DNA of 59,066 nucleotides, counting the filler, from Sphacelaria rigidula (taxonomy: Eukaryota): assembly GCA_964200075.2 (NCBI GenBank). It is 4 parts of 4 records of this genome, joined end to end, with 100 filler letters (N's around TTAATTAATTAA, not from the genome) between each part and the next. Parts side by side here need not be neighbours in the genome. Positions count along the whole stretch, not along the records: positions 1 to 14,692 come from CAXNAA020002092.1; positions 14,793 to 29,484 come from CAXNAA020002093.1; 2 more parts are not named here. One strand, given 5' to 3'. The notes under the pieces were generated by a model. That model was not told the DNA's origin, did no database searches, and saw only the letters and a list, made by a program, of their open reading frames with translations. The stretch's first letter is position 1. The number at the start of each line of letters is the position of its first letter. Position numbers and translations under genes: made by a program. Of the stretch, positions 12,501-25,083 are shown piece after piece.

Positions 12501-14598
12501 ATAATCCTAGCACATGTCGGGGCAGTGCTTGGCGCACGTTTAGCACGGCTCAGTGGTACGCTGAATACTGCATGCATCTCGTCCGCTACAGTATGGTACA
12601 CAGCCAACGCACTTGATCCCTTAATAAGCAGCTCTTGTACATACAGTACATGTACGACACGAACAGGTAGCCCCTAAAACGTGATCAATCATCATTTTCG
12701 TGTTCATCGGCGGGAGTGTCAGTGAGTTAGCCTTCCGATGAGGAGCTCACGTCTCAATGCTTGGATACGTTTGTTTGGTTGCCACTGCTCTTTTCCGCCA
12801 AGTCGTTCCGTGGCCTCATGAAATATTTCGATCGACCGGTTAGTCTCTCGCTCCGTCGTTGAATCCACCGCTGTCTCCTTCACACTGACGGCCGAGAGTT
12901 TTTTTACAGCAAGAAGGATCGAGCAGATATACCAGAAACATGTCGACTGCCTCATATAAGCACACAACATAATGTATTCGTTTTCGCGTTGGCTTTCACC
13001 AACCATCTATCACGATCTGACCGCATACATGTCTGGGACTCATGCATCACACCAGCTTCGTATGCCGTTGCGACCGTCCGTGGGCAAAAAAATCGAAAAC
13101 GTTGCCCTCTGCACGAACCTTCAAAGCAGATTCGGTATCCCTGTCTACCGCCACGCTTGAGAACTAAAAGACGGTACGTCACCCACGCGTTCGTCAGTGA
13201 GAGTGCGACCTCGTGCATGTTCGAACCGTTATTTTTTCGCCTCTGAATATTCCGCATGTTTATGTCCCAACACGCTTCGAATCACCGTCCCACTGGCTCC
13301 GTCGATGAAAAAAGGAGTGTATCAGACAACAACGGAAGCCTGCCGTACATTGTCCTCAACACCGGAGGAATTGCCCTCTACACAGGGGGAAACGGCACGT
13401 CGATTCTCCGCTTTCTGTACACCACCGAAGACGGGCAGGCATCTGCAGACCTCGACGTTGCTGCCGCGGTTACTGCGGATGTCACCTCAACCATGGCGAT
13501 AGTTGTGGCAGAGCCTACTGACAACGCAGCGTCAATCTACGCTTCTGAATCGCCCTTCCCTCCAGCGGTGGTCACCCTTCCACAACCTGGCGAGGAGGGC
13601 AGCCTCGGGGCGAATGCAAACGTGGCGATTGACACTACGTAAGTGAGCCGACGATCGCCTATATGACCCTCGAAAATTAGACGAGGAGCGTGATTGTTTG
13701 TTCCTGTAGGTTTTCGCTAGAACGAATGCTCTGCGTTAATCTTTTGATATCATTTCCGTCGTATTTGTTTTCAACCCAAGTACATATTGAGAAACCGACA
13801 TCGAGGGAAGAGAAAAGGCAACCACTGTATGACTTGCACAGCTGTTCACAAGCACTATGTAGCCGGTTGGAAGTGTGTTGGACTCTCACACAATGCTCAA
13901 ATCCTGCGACACTCCGCAGTCACTTATGCACTTTCATGTCTCGAGCACGCCATTTTAAACGAGCACTGATGGTAAGACCCACCGTTTCGTCTTCGGTTTT
14001 TCTTGTGCAGTCGATATTTGCCACGGTCTATGTTAATCCTGGGTGGGACATCTGCATGCCACGGCCGGTGCTCGAATCACAGCGCATCCCACTACCTGCA
14101 GCTAGCTGCTGCACCAGCAGCGTTCCGAAGCTCACCGCAATATCGTTATCGTTGTCGGTTGTTGGACATGCCACGAGTTGGAAACCGTTTCCATACTCCG
14201 ATCGCCATTTTCCTCCATTCGGTGACCCTGCGACCGCTGAAGAAATCGGTTTGAGTAAATTGATACCACTGCATTTCTCGATCTCTGAATATTCATACTC
14301 GAAGTGTTCCCGCAGTACACAACTATTCGCCACACCAGTTTTGACGGTTTTTACAACATTGCCGATCCCTATACCGTCAGGCCACCTACGGTTTCCAACG
14401 TGACATCGTCGCTGGCTAATGGGCAGTACGGTCCAGGTCAAGAGGTGGACATCCTGTTGAAGTACAATTTCCCTGTCACTGTACTCGGCAACCCGAGACT
14501 CTGGCTGGATCTAGGTGATGTCGACCGTTGCGCGAACTTCACCGCCATGGTTGACGACACCAACGACACCCTGACCTTCATCTACGAGGTTCTAGAAG
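592..14598 (+). CDS. Partial spliced gene for a large repetitive, probably surface/extracellular protein with tandem prokaryote-like adhesin-type beta repeats
   Basis: 18 AG/GT-bounded exons: 592-696, 1024-1096, 1352-1498, 1778-1875 (or -1924), 2278-2466, 3074-3280, 4341-4472, 5177-5291, 6601-6692, 7579-7685, 8004-8133, 8664-8797, 9236-9416, 9979-10220, 10546-10681, 11764-12014, ~13315-13638, 14381-14598. Phases agree at every junction except one ambiguous donor. Recurrent motifs: GSGTDTLSFLYIVQKGDMSADLDY, NDTLRFAYTVQEGDSSADLDY, GNGTAHMIFLYTVQPGDHSADLEY, GSGTESITFLYVIQEGD, GNGTSILRFLYTTEDGQASADLDV, LP.PG..GSL..N, and YG.G. No start or stop codon is in the window; the gene is cut at the 14693 gap. 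Confidence 0.88.
3320..3506. repeat. (TACA)n-type microsatellite in an intron
   Basis: Directly visible; resumes after the SINE at about 3851-3895. Confidence 0.95.
3507..3850 (+). mobile_element. tRNA-derived SINE, family 1 (near full length)
   Basis: tRNA-like head CGCCCCGGTGGTTTAGTTGGTAACCTCG with an A-box, and a (CA) tail. Homologous pieces lie at 16468-17066 and 44985-45100. ACGTACGT flanks both sides. Confidence 0.75.
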
Positions 14599-14692
14599 GT
14601 TTGTGCGGAATGCTTGAAAATATTACGAGCTGGGCCAGCCTAAAAACGGATTTAAGCTCTAAAAGCAATATCTCATCGACACAGACGAGTTG

Positions 14693-14792
14693 NNNNNNNN
14701 NNNNNNNNNNNNNNNNNNNNNNNNNNNNNNNNNNNNTTAATTAATTAANNNNNNNNNNNNNNNNNNNNNNNNNNNNNNNNNNNNNNNNNNNN
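14693..14792. other. Assembly gap with artificial TTAATTAATTAA linker
   Basis: A 100-nt block of N runs with a central six-frame-stop linker. Identical blocks at 29485-29584 and 44277-44376; a short N run at 44744-44753. Confidence 0.97.
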
Positions 14793-15782
14793 GTGTGTTA
14801 CGGCAGGCGTCCATTTGTGTTGTTTTGAAGTCAAAATGATGATACCGATAAAAAAAAAAAGAGTCTGAATCGGCATCATCATTTTGACTAAAAAAACAAA
14901 AACATGTGAGCACCTGCCACTAACACACTATTGCCGCGGAGAAGCGGAGAAAAGTGCCACAAAGATACCATTGTGGGGAGTCCGGTCCCAAAAGGGTCAA
15001 CCCTTGGACAGCGAGCGCCGTCTCGGAACACTTGCACAGGCTGACAGTGCGGAGACATTCGGGGGTTTCTAGTGGCTGGGGGAGGGAGGGGGGGTAGTTT
15101 TTGACGGGGGAGAGTGTCTGGCCACAGAGCAGCTGAAAAGCTCACAAAGTCGACCACGTATCTGTGTATGTTTCCCGGGGAAGATTATAAGCCAAGAACG
15201 GGGCCCGAGAGGCGCGGAATGACCATTCTGACCAATCACGGTCGTCAAAATGAGCAAGTAGTTTCCCTGTAGGTGGACTACAGGTGGATTACTCCGCTGT
15301 ATACTGCCATATTTCATTTTGGTCATGACAATTCAACTATATGACAATTCAACTATATATTACATGGGTACAAATAACTTATTCCATACTCTCTCGCGGT
15401 CTATGCCGCCTGTCTGACGCCTCACGTATTGTTAGCATAGCTTCACACTGTCTGTAGTGTTGTTGAATGAGCAGAGGAATCAGCAGCATGCAGTAAATTG
15501 TGTTCAGTGGAGAGAGAGATGGCGCACTTATACCGTCTCTTGCCGTTGTATCCAGCGAAGACATACAGCACGCATACATATTGACTCTGCACGCAAATGA
15601 CTGCAGGGTCAAAACTGTTCAGGGGTTCTCCGGAACTATTACTCATTTAGATACCAGATATCCACATGTTTGTGATAGAGGCGTTTTGTGTAGCGAGAAA
15701 AGAGCTCTCCTGGACCCCAAATGCGGCTTAGCTCAACTCAGTCCACCTGTGGGGGGGTCGCTGTCTAAAGGTTAAAATAAAC

Positions 15783-16043
15783 CGCGGTTCGGACAAATCA
15801 TCGCCGGCTCGAATCATCAAATCCACGATTTCTTGGGCCTGATTGATCGAAAGAGAGAAAAAAGTCGATCGCTGGCCAAACAGGTCTCCACACCACTTTT
15901 GCGCCATTCCACGTGCCTGGGCTGCGCGTACCTGGGTTGCAACGCTGAAAACAAAACGTGAGGATTTTTGGTTCGTACGGTACGAATCAATCACACGAAA
16001 ATCAAGTCATTTCTGGACGGATCATTGATTCGTCCGACCCTTG
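15783..16043. mobile_element. hAT-like MITE
   Basis: TIRs CGCGGTTCGGACAAATCA / TGATTCGTCCGACCCTTG, with an 8-bp TSD AAATAAAC/AAAGAAAC. Other copies at 49634-49891 and about 46076-46200. Confidence 0.75.
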
Positions 16044-16467
16044 AAAGAAACACAGAACGATTGCCTGATGTGAATGAATTCAGTGATGGCCCTCACGTGT
16101 TCTGGCGAGTAGTCTCCCCGCGCCTGCTGCTACTAATACGTGTGCAGTAGACGTGTGCAGTAGAGGGAAAATAATAATCGGGTTTTGTCGCGGTTCGAAT
16201 GAGGTCATGCAAGCAGTTGCCACGGAGGGATCATGGAAGCGTCCCTGCCAAGCAGTGCCAAGAAGTGATTGTGCCAAGCCGACAAGCACAACCATAGGGA
16301 GTCCAATTCTCCTTCAAGAACACGTGCACCACGCTAGGATTGAAAAGCGTGTCCAGCGCGGTAACGCTATGAAATAACATGAAGCTTCTTTCGTCGTGTG
16401 GAATACTCATAGAACGGGGATATTCCGCACAAATGTCTGCTGAGGACAACGCACCTTCCAACAACAT

Positions 16468-17066
16468 TGTGTGTTGTCATTCCCATCTATTCTGGACGCC
16501 AGTCTACACCTTCCGGTATATGGACACGAATCAGCCGGGGTCACACAGGAGGAAGGTCAACAACATCGGATTTTTTTCCCCTTCATTTTTTTTCACCTTG
16601 TCTCTGCACGATGGTCGACTTCACAGTCTATGAAGGAAAGTAACCACTGAACCCTTCTCGTACGATAAAAGAGGAAGGCAAGCACCGCGGAAGGAAGGTT
16701 CACAACTAAATCAAAAGAAAAAAAAAAAACTCCCATATTGGCCTTCCTCCCGTGTGACCCCGGCTGATGCGCCCACATTTTTTGTACCGAAAGGTGTAGA
16801 CTGGCGTCCGACATAATTGGGATGACAACACACTCTACTTTCCTTCTGTGGTGCTTACCTTATTTTTCATCGCGAGAGATAATCGGCAGTGCCTTTGCCT
16901 CGTCGACCATGAGGTCGAAAAGTCGTGTCCCCACGATATAGTCGATTTCCACTGTTGGGCATCATTCGTGAGAAAAAAATCCTAGATCGTGTGACGTCAT
17001 CGAGATTTGAACCCACGACCCAACCGTCAGAAGATGCCGAGGTTACCAACTCAGCCATCCGGACGA
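16468..17066. mobile_element. Cluster of three SINE family 1 fragments in alternating orientation
   Basis: About 16468-16600 matches the SINE 3' end (-), about 16640-16832 the 3' half (+), and about 16835-17066 the 5' half (-) including the tRNA-like head. Confidence 0.75.
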
Positions 17067-17084
17067 TCACGGGTGATATTATCA

Positions 17085-18020
17085 TGACTGTCCATAGTAG
17101 TTTTCATTTGAAATAGGAAAATATCGTAATTTTTTCCTAGTCGGCAATTTTTCATGTTTTTTTAGCGTGCCACCGCTACTCCCAGGGAGCGGTTGATCCC
17201 AACGTTTGGAAGTCGGGAGATATCAGGCATCCGCTCCACATCCCGAAACAATAATCGTCTGTCTCTGCGCTCAATATTGAACGACTTCCGAGCTAGCTGA
17301 ATTGATAGGGGGTGTTATTGATCGTTTTTGGTCAAAACACAGGCAGATGCTTTTCGGCTTTAGCGCAATGAACGGGTACAAATAAAAAAATAGGGGTCCG
17401 TAAAAATCACTCATGAGAGTAAGATCGAAATTGGTTCACCCCCACCTGTGCTATGCAGAGCTCGGTTGGGCGACTTCCGTTTTTGGGGACTTTTCTGAAT
17501 TTCGTCGTGTAGTATCCATCCTTGGCGTCGACATATATTAAAATGAGAAGCAGGTTGTTCTGAGAACACAATCCCCAATTGGTGTTATCGGAGGTGATAC
17601 GAAGTCGGTACCTTGTTCATCAGGGAGTGATATCGACCGTCACTGTTCCAAAAAACACAGGTATTCAGCTCTAGCGCAAAGAATAGGTGGAATTCGAAGT
17701 AACAAAATATTCCGTTTCATTTGTTCATGAAAACGATAGGGATTGCTTCAATCTAGCAAAAATACTCAAGGGTCAGAACCTGGGGCTGGGTAGTCTCAGG
17801 ACCCCCGAAAACCGGTCAACCGGTAAGTCATTCAATATGGAGCGCAGAGATGATTTCTGATTCGGAAAGTGGAGGGGGTGCCTAGTATCTCCCGATCTCC
17901 AAACTTTGGGATCAAACGTTCACTGGGATGAGCGGTGGCACGCGAGAACACTTTTGGATATCCCCTCGAGTACGAAAAAACTACGAAAATCTCCTATTTC
18001 AGGTGTAAACCTCTGTAGTG
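17085..18020. mobile_element. Non-autonomous DNA transposon with ~200-bp imperfect TIRs
   Basis: GCGTGCCACCGCT...CTCTGCGCTCAATATTGAACGACTT is mirrored by AAGTCATTCAATATGGAGCGCAGAG...AGCGGTGGCACGC. A second copy lies at about 32905-33925. Confidence 0.7.
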
Positions 18021-19799
18021 AGAACGAATGGCATTTTCACAGACATCATAACGGCGTGCTGTTCTTCCACAGAGAACGATGCTGCATCTCTGTCTAAGAT
18101 AACACCATCAAATCTCTACCCGAACGATGGCCCAACTTACTTGTCCCATATCGCACCTGTCGTTTTGTTGTCGCCCTTGAGAACGGCCAAGAAATTTTTG
18201 GCCGTGACGTCCTCTCCCGTGTAGCTTGCTTTGCACCCGCGATTCACGTCATAGCCGGGTACTCCCTCTTCCGTTGGTTTACTGAGTTGGGCAAGCGGAT
18301 GGTAAAACGACACCGGGCGAGGCCGGTCAACTGACTTTGTTTAGGCAAACAATATCGCGCTCGTCGCATGCCGAAATATACAACTACTAGGAATAAGGCG
18401 TGCTCTCTGTTCGTTCTGTTCTGTTTCGTTTGGTGTTGTTCTCGTACACACCCTCTCCTCCTTGCCGGAAGCCATGCGGCTGGATTTCTTTCCACCTGGG
18501 GCCGGTAACAGATCTAAGCTAGCCTTCTCTTCCTTATTCTTCTTCTTTGCCTTTCCTCTTCAGGGAGTTCCGTAGACTGAAATATGAATACCAAGCCCTC
18601 TACCTGGGGCGGAGCAGAGAAAATTTCAACTTTTAGGCCGCACCCAAAAGTTTTGGAAAAATAATGAACTGCACTCTTTTAGGGCGACATTTTACTTTTT
18701 GCGTGAGGCTTCTCGCGCCTCCTTGCATAATACTGCGAGCTTTCTGCCTCTGCTACCCTGGACGGATACAAGGGTTACAAATCAAAACCATCGTCACCAT
18801 TTGCCGGTGGTGGCGCGGGGTGCACCATGAGCTGGGCACAGCCGGGCAGCTTGCCCGCGCTTCGCGTTCTTCTTGCTTGTACGTATCTCTTCTGTATATG
18901 TTCTTTGGCGATAGAACTCAGCAACGAACAGCTGCAGGCGTGTATATATATACACACACATATATATGTGCCCCCTCCCCCTCCCCCCCCTTTTGCCTAG
19001 AAACATTTCGCTCTCTCCCACTTGGACAGGGCATTACAAGCCTTATGGAGTCTTTGTGTTTCGCAAGGTTGCACTCGGCAAGGTATGTGAGAAACTACTG
19101 TACCCGGAAATATGCCCAAGTCAATAAATCCAGCGGCCGTTACGCTGCGTGGCAAGAGACGAGACAGTCGGCTTCTCTTTCGCTGCTGCCAATGAGGCTA
19201 CGTGATGACCTGCCCGGGGCACTTGCATACTATTTGCTGCCTGCGTTGTACATGTCCACCTCCAGCTGAGCATAGCTCAAATACTTAGGGATGGCAAACT
19301 AGTGGGGCACGATACTGTGATTACCATCCCCACCCCCCCCCTACCAATATGAGAGTGAGGTACGAGAGTACTGGAACGAACTAGAGCTCAAACCACAGTT
19401 CACCCCTCAGAATCCACAGCTTCCCGAACTGTGGTGGGGGAACATATGTCTTCAAAGTTGGGCGACGAAACTCCTACCCGGCCCTTCCCTTTCCTTTCCT
19501 TTCCTTTCTTTTCATTATTTCTCCTCCTCAGTTTGTCGTACTTTTGTGCTTGTTCTCCCCTGTCCTTTCCATAACTCCCTGCTCTCGAGCCTGGTCCGTC
19601 GCGAACCTGGCGTGCTCCGCCCCAGCTTTGTAGGAATGCGAGGTCAATGGCCAGGCGACTACGGCATGCAAGATCATGAGTACACCCCCCCCTGCTCTCG
19701 TGCTCCGTCTCGAAAGGGATGCGTGGTCAATGGATGAACGACTAAGGCAAGCAACAAATGAGTACGCCCACCCCCTCCCCCGAGTGGATCATTTCCTCG

Positions 19800-20005
19800 A
19801 CTTTTTTTTGTCGCACTTTGAACCCCTCCCCTTCCTCGGGACAAGGCCGTGGTCTCAAGGGATCAAGCCATCTCTCCCCGGTACACGCCTTGCATGTTGG
19901 TCTCGCGGATTGGGTCATGACTATCACCACTCCCGCACCGCGTCAACTCACGTCAACCTAATCAGTCAACTACTCTGTTTACTCACGTTCTCACCTTGGA
20001 TACCT
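19800..20005 (-). mobile_element. SINE family 2, 3' fragment
   Basis: Reverse-complement match to 45440-45630. Confidence 0.7.
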
Positions 20006-20499
20006 GTATCTTCTATCGAATGACCATAGCAGTGAATGTGCAGCGATCGATCAATCAACCCATCCACCTCCAGACCTAGGACGACTCTAGGGCACGCACA
20101 CACACACACACGAATCGTCAGCCAATGAAAACCTGCGATTGCCAACACGTCCACCGGAAAGGCAACCACAGACTACTGTAGGGTGCTTTTGAGACACCTG
20201 TCCCTTAAAATCGAACTCACTTGTACAATGTTCCCCGAACAGGATTGTCGGCCGAGTCGGCAGCGTCGTTGTACGTCATAAGAATCACATTATCATCAGG
20301 GATGCCATTGCGCCTCACCAGGTGGTACGCGTGACATACATCAGCCTGAAGCAGAGAGACACATCGTCCAGGGGAGAGGCGATAACGTCAAATAAAATGA
20401 CATGCGGTTGAAATCGCCCTCATTGCGGTGTCCATACCAGGGGTACAAACTACTGTTTACTGCACTGCACTGCACTACACTGCACTGTATAAAGTGGTT

Positions 20500-22640
20500 A
20501 CTAAAGTGCCCTGGGAAAATTATGTTACGATAGGTACCACCAGTTTTCCATCAGAAGCTGGCCTGCAAACTGGTCGCACCGTACGGCACAATATTTTACG
20601 AAGAATCCGAGATTTGGACAGCATTTCTTCGCGTACCGATATGCTATCCTATGCAGAGCGGTATAGCTGGGTTCGCGTATGCTAGCTACACCCGACGATG
20701 CCTTTGGATGCCTTTGGATGCCGTAGTCATCGAGAAAAGCGAAAGTTGACGCGGAAAAAACGACTGCCAAAATAGTCGACACGGGCTACAGCTTTGCTTC
20801 AGACTGAAAAAAACACCGGAATTCGACCCGGAACCCAAAATGCAAACCTGTGCGTATCGACCACTACACGCGTCCGCCTTGAATACAGCCGGGACAGAAC
20901 GTGATCGCAGGATCGGCGTGTGCTGGGCGTACCCAGCGACACCTTTGGGTCTCGGATTGGTGGTGTACTCGCCGAGGAAAACGAACTTGCCTCGTACACG
21001 ACACAGGCAGCGCCAGCAGATGTCAGGTGTCTGAAAAAGAAAATGTAGAGTGTATTCTACCCGGTTGTATCTTGCTGAACGTCCGCTGCAGCTCTCACTG
21101 TACTGCCCTCATCACGGCGAGGACTGTCGTATGTCTGGCTGGAGAAGAGAGGCACGAGCATGTCTGTAGCAGAGCACGAGGTCGACGCTCAACTCAAACG
21201 GGGAAGGGTCGTCGCATCCCGTGTACCGGTACTTCACAGCTCCATGTCTTACGAAACTGTCGACTCCCGGCGCACAAACCATGCAGAGACAGTAGTAGTA
21301 GGTCGGCTAGAGCTGGAATTACTTCCATCATGCTGTGCGCTGTACTTCTGTAATGCGTTGCCTGTACCGCATATGATCGTTCACTTTCCACGTTGCACAC
21401 CCCGGTGCACGTGCGGCAAGAGAGTGTCGTATGTTGCGTACACTTGGTCGCCAGCTCCCTACTGCACGGTGCCCTGAAAGGCTGAGTGACACCCGCGTAC
21501 CGCCAGTCAACCCTTTGACAACGTAGACTTTGATATCTTTAAGGTGGCCGAAGCTACGACTGGCGATCGCTTCGCTTTTCTGGTCTTCCCGCCAAGGAAC
21601 AGCAAGCAACAGGGTAGCAACGCGGGTAGACGCAGTACACATCAATAACGGGCGCGCAGGTTTCGCTCAACGTTGGAGCGCAGCGGCCGTGCAGTAAAGG
21701 GCTGCCGGCAGAGTGTGCGTGGAGAAACAGACGATACTCTCCTACCGCACGTGCCCTGGACTGTGCAGCTTGGAATGTGTGCGCGGACGCAGTACAGCAC
21801 GATACGGTGTACGGTACTTTCAGCTTGGACCAACCTCTTGTACCGCAAGCTGACGTGCATAGTATGCTTCGTGTGCTGGGAATTGCGGTCGATAGTTCCG
21901 TCAGAAAAAAAGTGCAACTGCGAAGTGTCGGTACACGGGATGCGACGACGATCCCCGGTGATGCTAGACCAAGGCGTCCAGGGACACGCCCGCACCTCTC
22001 TTTCCCAGCCCGACACAGTAGCCTTGACTGTACGAGTAGCGCGGGCAATATAGTGCTGCGGCGGGCGCTCAGTAACATTCGACTGCTCTGTGTAGTGCAC
22101 TGCATATTTTTTTGTAATTCGAGGTCTGCTGCCGCTGTGAGTGTCGTGTTGGAATCAAAGTGCGATTTTCGCGGCGAGTACAGAATCAAGCTAGGACCCA
22201 ACTGTATCGCCACGTGTAACTAGCACACGCCGATCCAGCGATATTGCTCTGTCCCGGCTTTCTTCAAAGTGGACGCGCGTAGTGGTCGACACAGGTTTGC
22301 ATCCTGGGGGTGCCGATCGTTGAAAGGTGCTTGAGGCAAAGCTGTATGCATACCTGTGCTGATCGTTTTGGCAGCCAATTTTTCCGCGTAAACTTTGCTT
22401 TCCTCGGCGAATATAGCCCCAATCCGGAATCCAAAGGCATCGCCGGGTGTGGCTAGCACACGCGGGCCCAGCAATACTGCTCTGTACAAGATAGCATATC
22501 GGCACGCGAAGAAAAGCTTACTCAATATCTCGAATTCTTCGGGAAATATAGTGCTATACCGTGGCGACCAGTTGCAGGCCAGTTTCAGATGGAAAAGTAG
22601 TTATTCCTGGAACTTCCTCAGGGCTTCTTTCAGCACAACA
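20500..22640. mobile_element. Large foldback element: two diverged ~950-bp inverted arms around a ~240-bp spacer
   Basis: Mirror blocks: GCCTGCAAACTGGTCGC/GCGACCAGTTGCAGGC, CCGATATGCTATC/GATAGCATATCGG, TCGTCGCATCCCGTGTACCG/CGGTACACGGGATGCGACGA, GCACGTGCGG/CCGCACGTGC. Confidence 0.8.
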
Positions 22641-22654
22641 TTCCAAGGATGTGT

Positions 22655-23870
22655 TGTGTAGGGTACGGGTATGTACTGTTGGGTATGAGATTCCTTACAG
22701 AACCTGCAAAAATATCGGGTACCGGTGTAAAAGTCTTATAGATGTTACAAGACTTGTCGGGTAGGGTATGGGAGCCTCACAGAAAAACGTACCGGCAACC
22801 AGGTATTTCTTCAAGGATATGCCCGCGCTTCAGGTACGGGTATGGGAAGGTTGCAGAACTTACAGAAACTGTCGGGTAGGTACGAAAATTGCGCAGAAAA
22901 CCGTACCCGCAACCGGGTATTTGATCAAGAGCATACCCTTGCCCCCATGAACGGTACGGGAGGCTTACAGAATCCACAAAACTATCGGGCAAGGGTATGA
23001 GGGTCTTGCAGAAGTCACAGAACCGTCGAGTAAGTGTATGGATGATCTAGGATGGCTACTCACGTTGCTACGGTCGCTTTTTTTAAAGGAATGTCCGTTT
23101 TGATACGGCGGCAGGATGGGCTGACCGACTACAATCATCAGCTTCTATCGGCTTCACGTAAACTCTCAGAGAGTACACTAAGGAGCTTTCACGGCTGCTC
23201 GCTCTCTGGAAGCCCTTTCCATCGCAGAATTGTCGACAGCGATGACGATTTTCAGTGGCAGCTCATACACGTTGCCGGTAATGTCGTAAACGGCCTGGGG
23301 ATTGATGACCATGACATAATCAACGTCGATGACCTGCGCCTCTACTCACGCCCTGGTGGCGTACCACTCGGGTATGTAGGTGATCCATCCTGATCATCTG
23401 CAGGGCTGCCCATGTCTCATGTTTCTGCTCAGCAATACCTCGTGACCCGTCAGACTACAAACTTTACAACTTTGAGTTGTGTGTGGCGTGCAGTTTTGAG
23501 TGAAGGCGGTGGGGGGGGTTGATTGATGGGAGGTACATGTTCAGGTCATGAGGTTGTGCTTGGATTGAACCTATGCCCATACCTCCCCAAGCTATATACC
23601 TGTGTTCGTACCTGCATTGGGTATATCAACAACGGTATACCCTGACCCCGGGTAGGGGTATGGGAGGCTTACAAAGGTTACAGAACTGTCGGGTACCGGA
23701 AAAAAAATTCTTGCAGAAAATAAAGAGCTTGCCGGGGTAGGGTATGGGAGGCTTCAAGAGAACCATGTCGGCAACCGGCTATTTCTCCAAAGGTATACCT
23801 GCGCCCCGGTTAAGGGTCAACACCCTGTAGAGAACTCACCGAACTGTAGAGGTAAGGGTACAGGGTTATT
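22655..23870. repeat. Element with arrays of (CTTACAGAA...TCGGGTAGGGTATG) subrepeats
   Basis: Motif arrays at 22660-23040 and 23630-23870; 22890-23035 is repeated at 26225-26375. Confidence 0.65.
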
Positions 23871-25083
23871 CCTTTTCGATAATGTGGACGCTGTGCTTTT
23901 GAAGGTTAGACGCCAAGAAAATCCGCACCTCGCTGGGTTGACGCCGAAACTTGGAGGATATGTTGATTGGTACTACAGCAAGGTGTCGGAGCCGCAGCCG
24001 TGGCTGCACAAGGCGCTGATGGCCCGGTCTACATTGAACCGGTGGATACCATTCTCACCCGTTTCTATTTTTATTCGCAACCTCCTGTCTGATGACGATT
24101 ACAGTAGATACATTATCGGTCAGGCTCGCAGACCGCCACGGATCCTTCCGGCTCCATCGCCAATCTTCGCCCAGTTGGGGATGGACACTCGCAGAAAACG
24201 AGAAAATAACCAGCATCCAGGCCCCACCATATGTGAGAGGGTCTAGGCTAAACGTTCGCCGGTCCGGAAAGCTCGACACGTCAAGGTTAACCTTGTCTCA
24301 CGCGACCGCTGCGTTCTGCCATGGACCCTTCCCCACGTACTCGACAAGTGGGCAACATCCCCGTACACACAGTAGCAATGCTAGCGGATTCAAGATTTTG
24401 ACAGTCTGGCAGCCGGCAAGGTAGGCAAAGTAGTATCCCTCTAGCGATATCAACTTACAGTGCACTGCTTTAGAGTCCGCAGGTGAATATTTTGGCGATT
24501 GCTTCACCTGCAGTTCGCCCACATCTTGTGGATTTTTCCACCATCTCACCGTGCCAGACTATATGTGTGGAAATGTGGCAGATCCTGTATTATGCTGTAT
24601 GTGGAAATACACCAGAACCTGGACAGATTTCTATTGTCAGTACGAACAAAAGTTGAAAGTGTACTGCGCACAGCATAAAATATATCGCCGACTGTAATAT
24701 TTTAAATACTTTTAGAGTACTTGAAGTCAGCAGCTGCAAGGCTACACGTCGAGACAACAGTGTAGAAATCTCCAGGGCGTGAAATGCTACAGGCGGCTTT
24801 CGCGTCATAGCGGCTGTGTTACCATATACAGCTTCACCCAAGATGAAGGCAGCCATTACAGCAACGGAGGCGGCCTTCCACTTTTGTGTGCGCTACCTGG
24901 GGCAAACGCACGCTGTAGCTGCAACACGGACAGCTTTACAAAATGTGTCATGGCGATACAGTATAGCGCGTAGCAAGGGGTTATATCCCGCATACACGTT
25001 GGTCGCAGATACAAGCGGTGGCCTTCATGTTGTAGCGGACTGCACAGGATAGCGCGAAATCGACGCAGCACAGGGATAAGCTA

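Noticed and set aside
14693..14792. TTAATTAATTAA palindrome recurring three times
   Set aside because: Always centred in 100-nt N blocks; an assembly linker, not biology.
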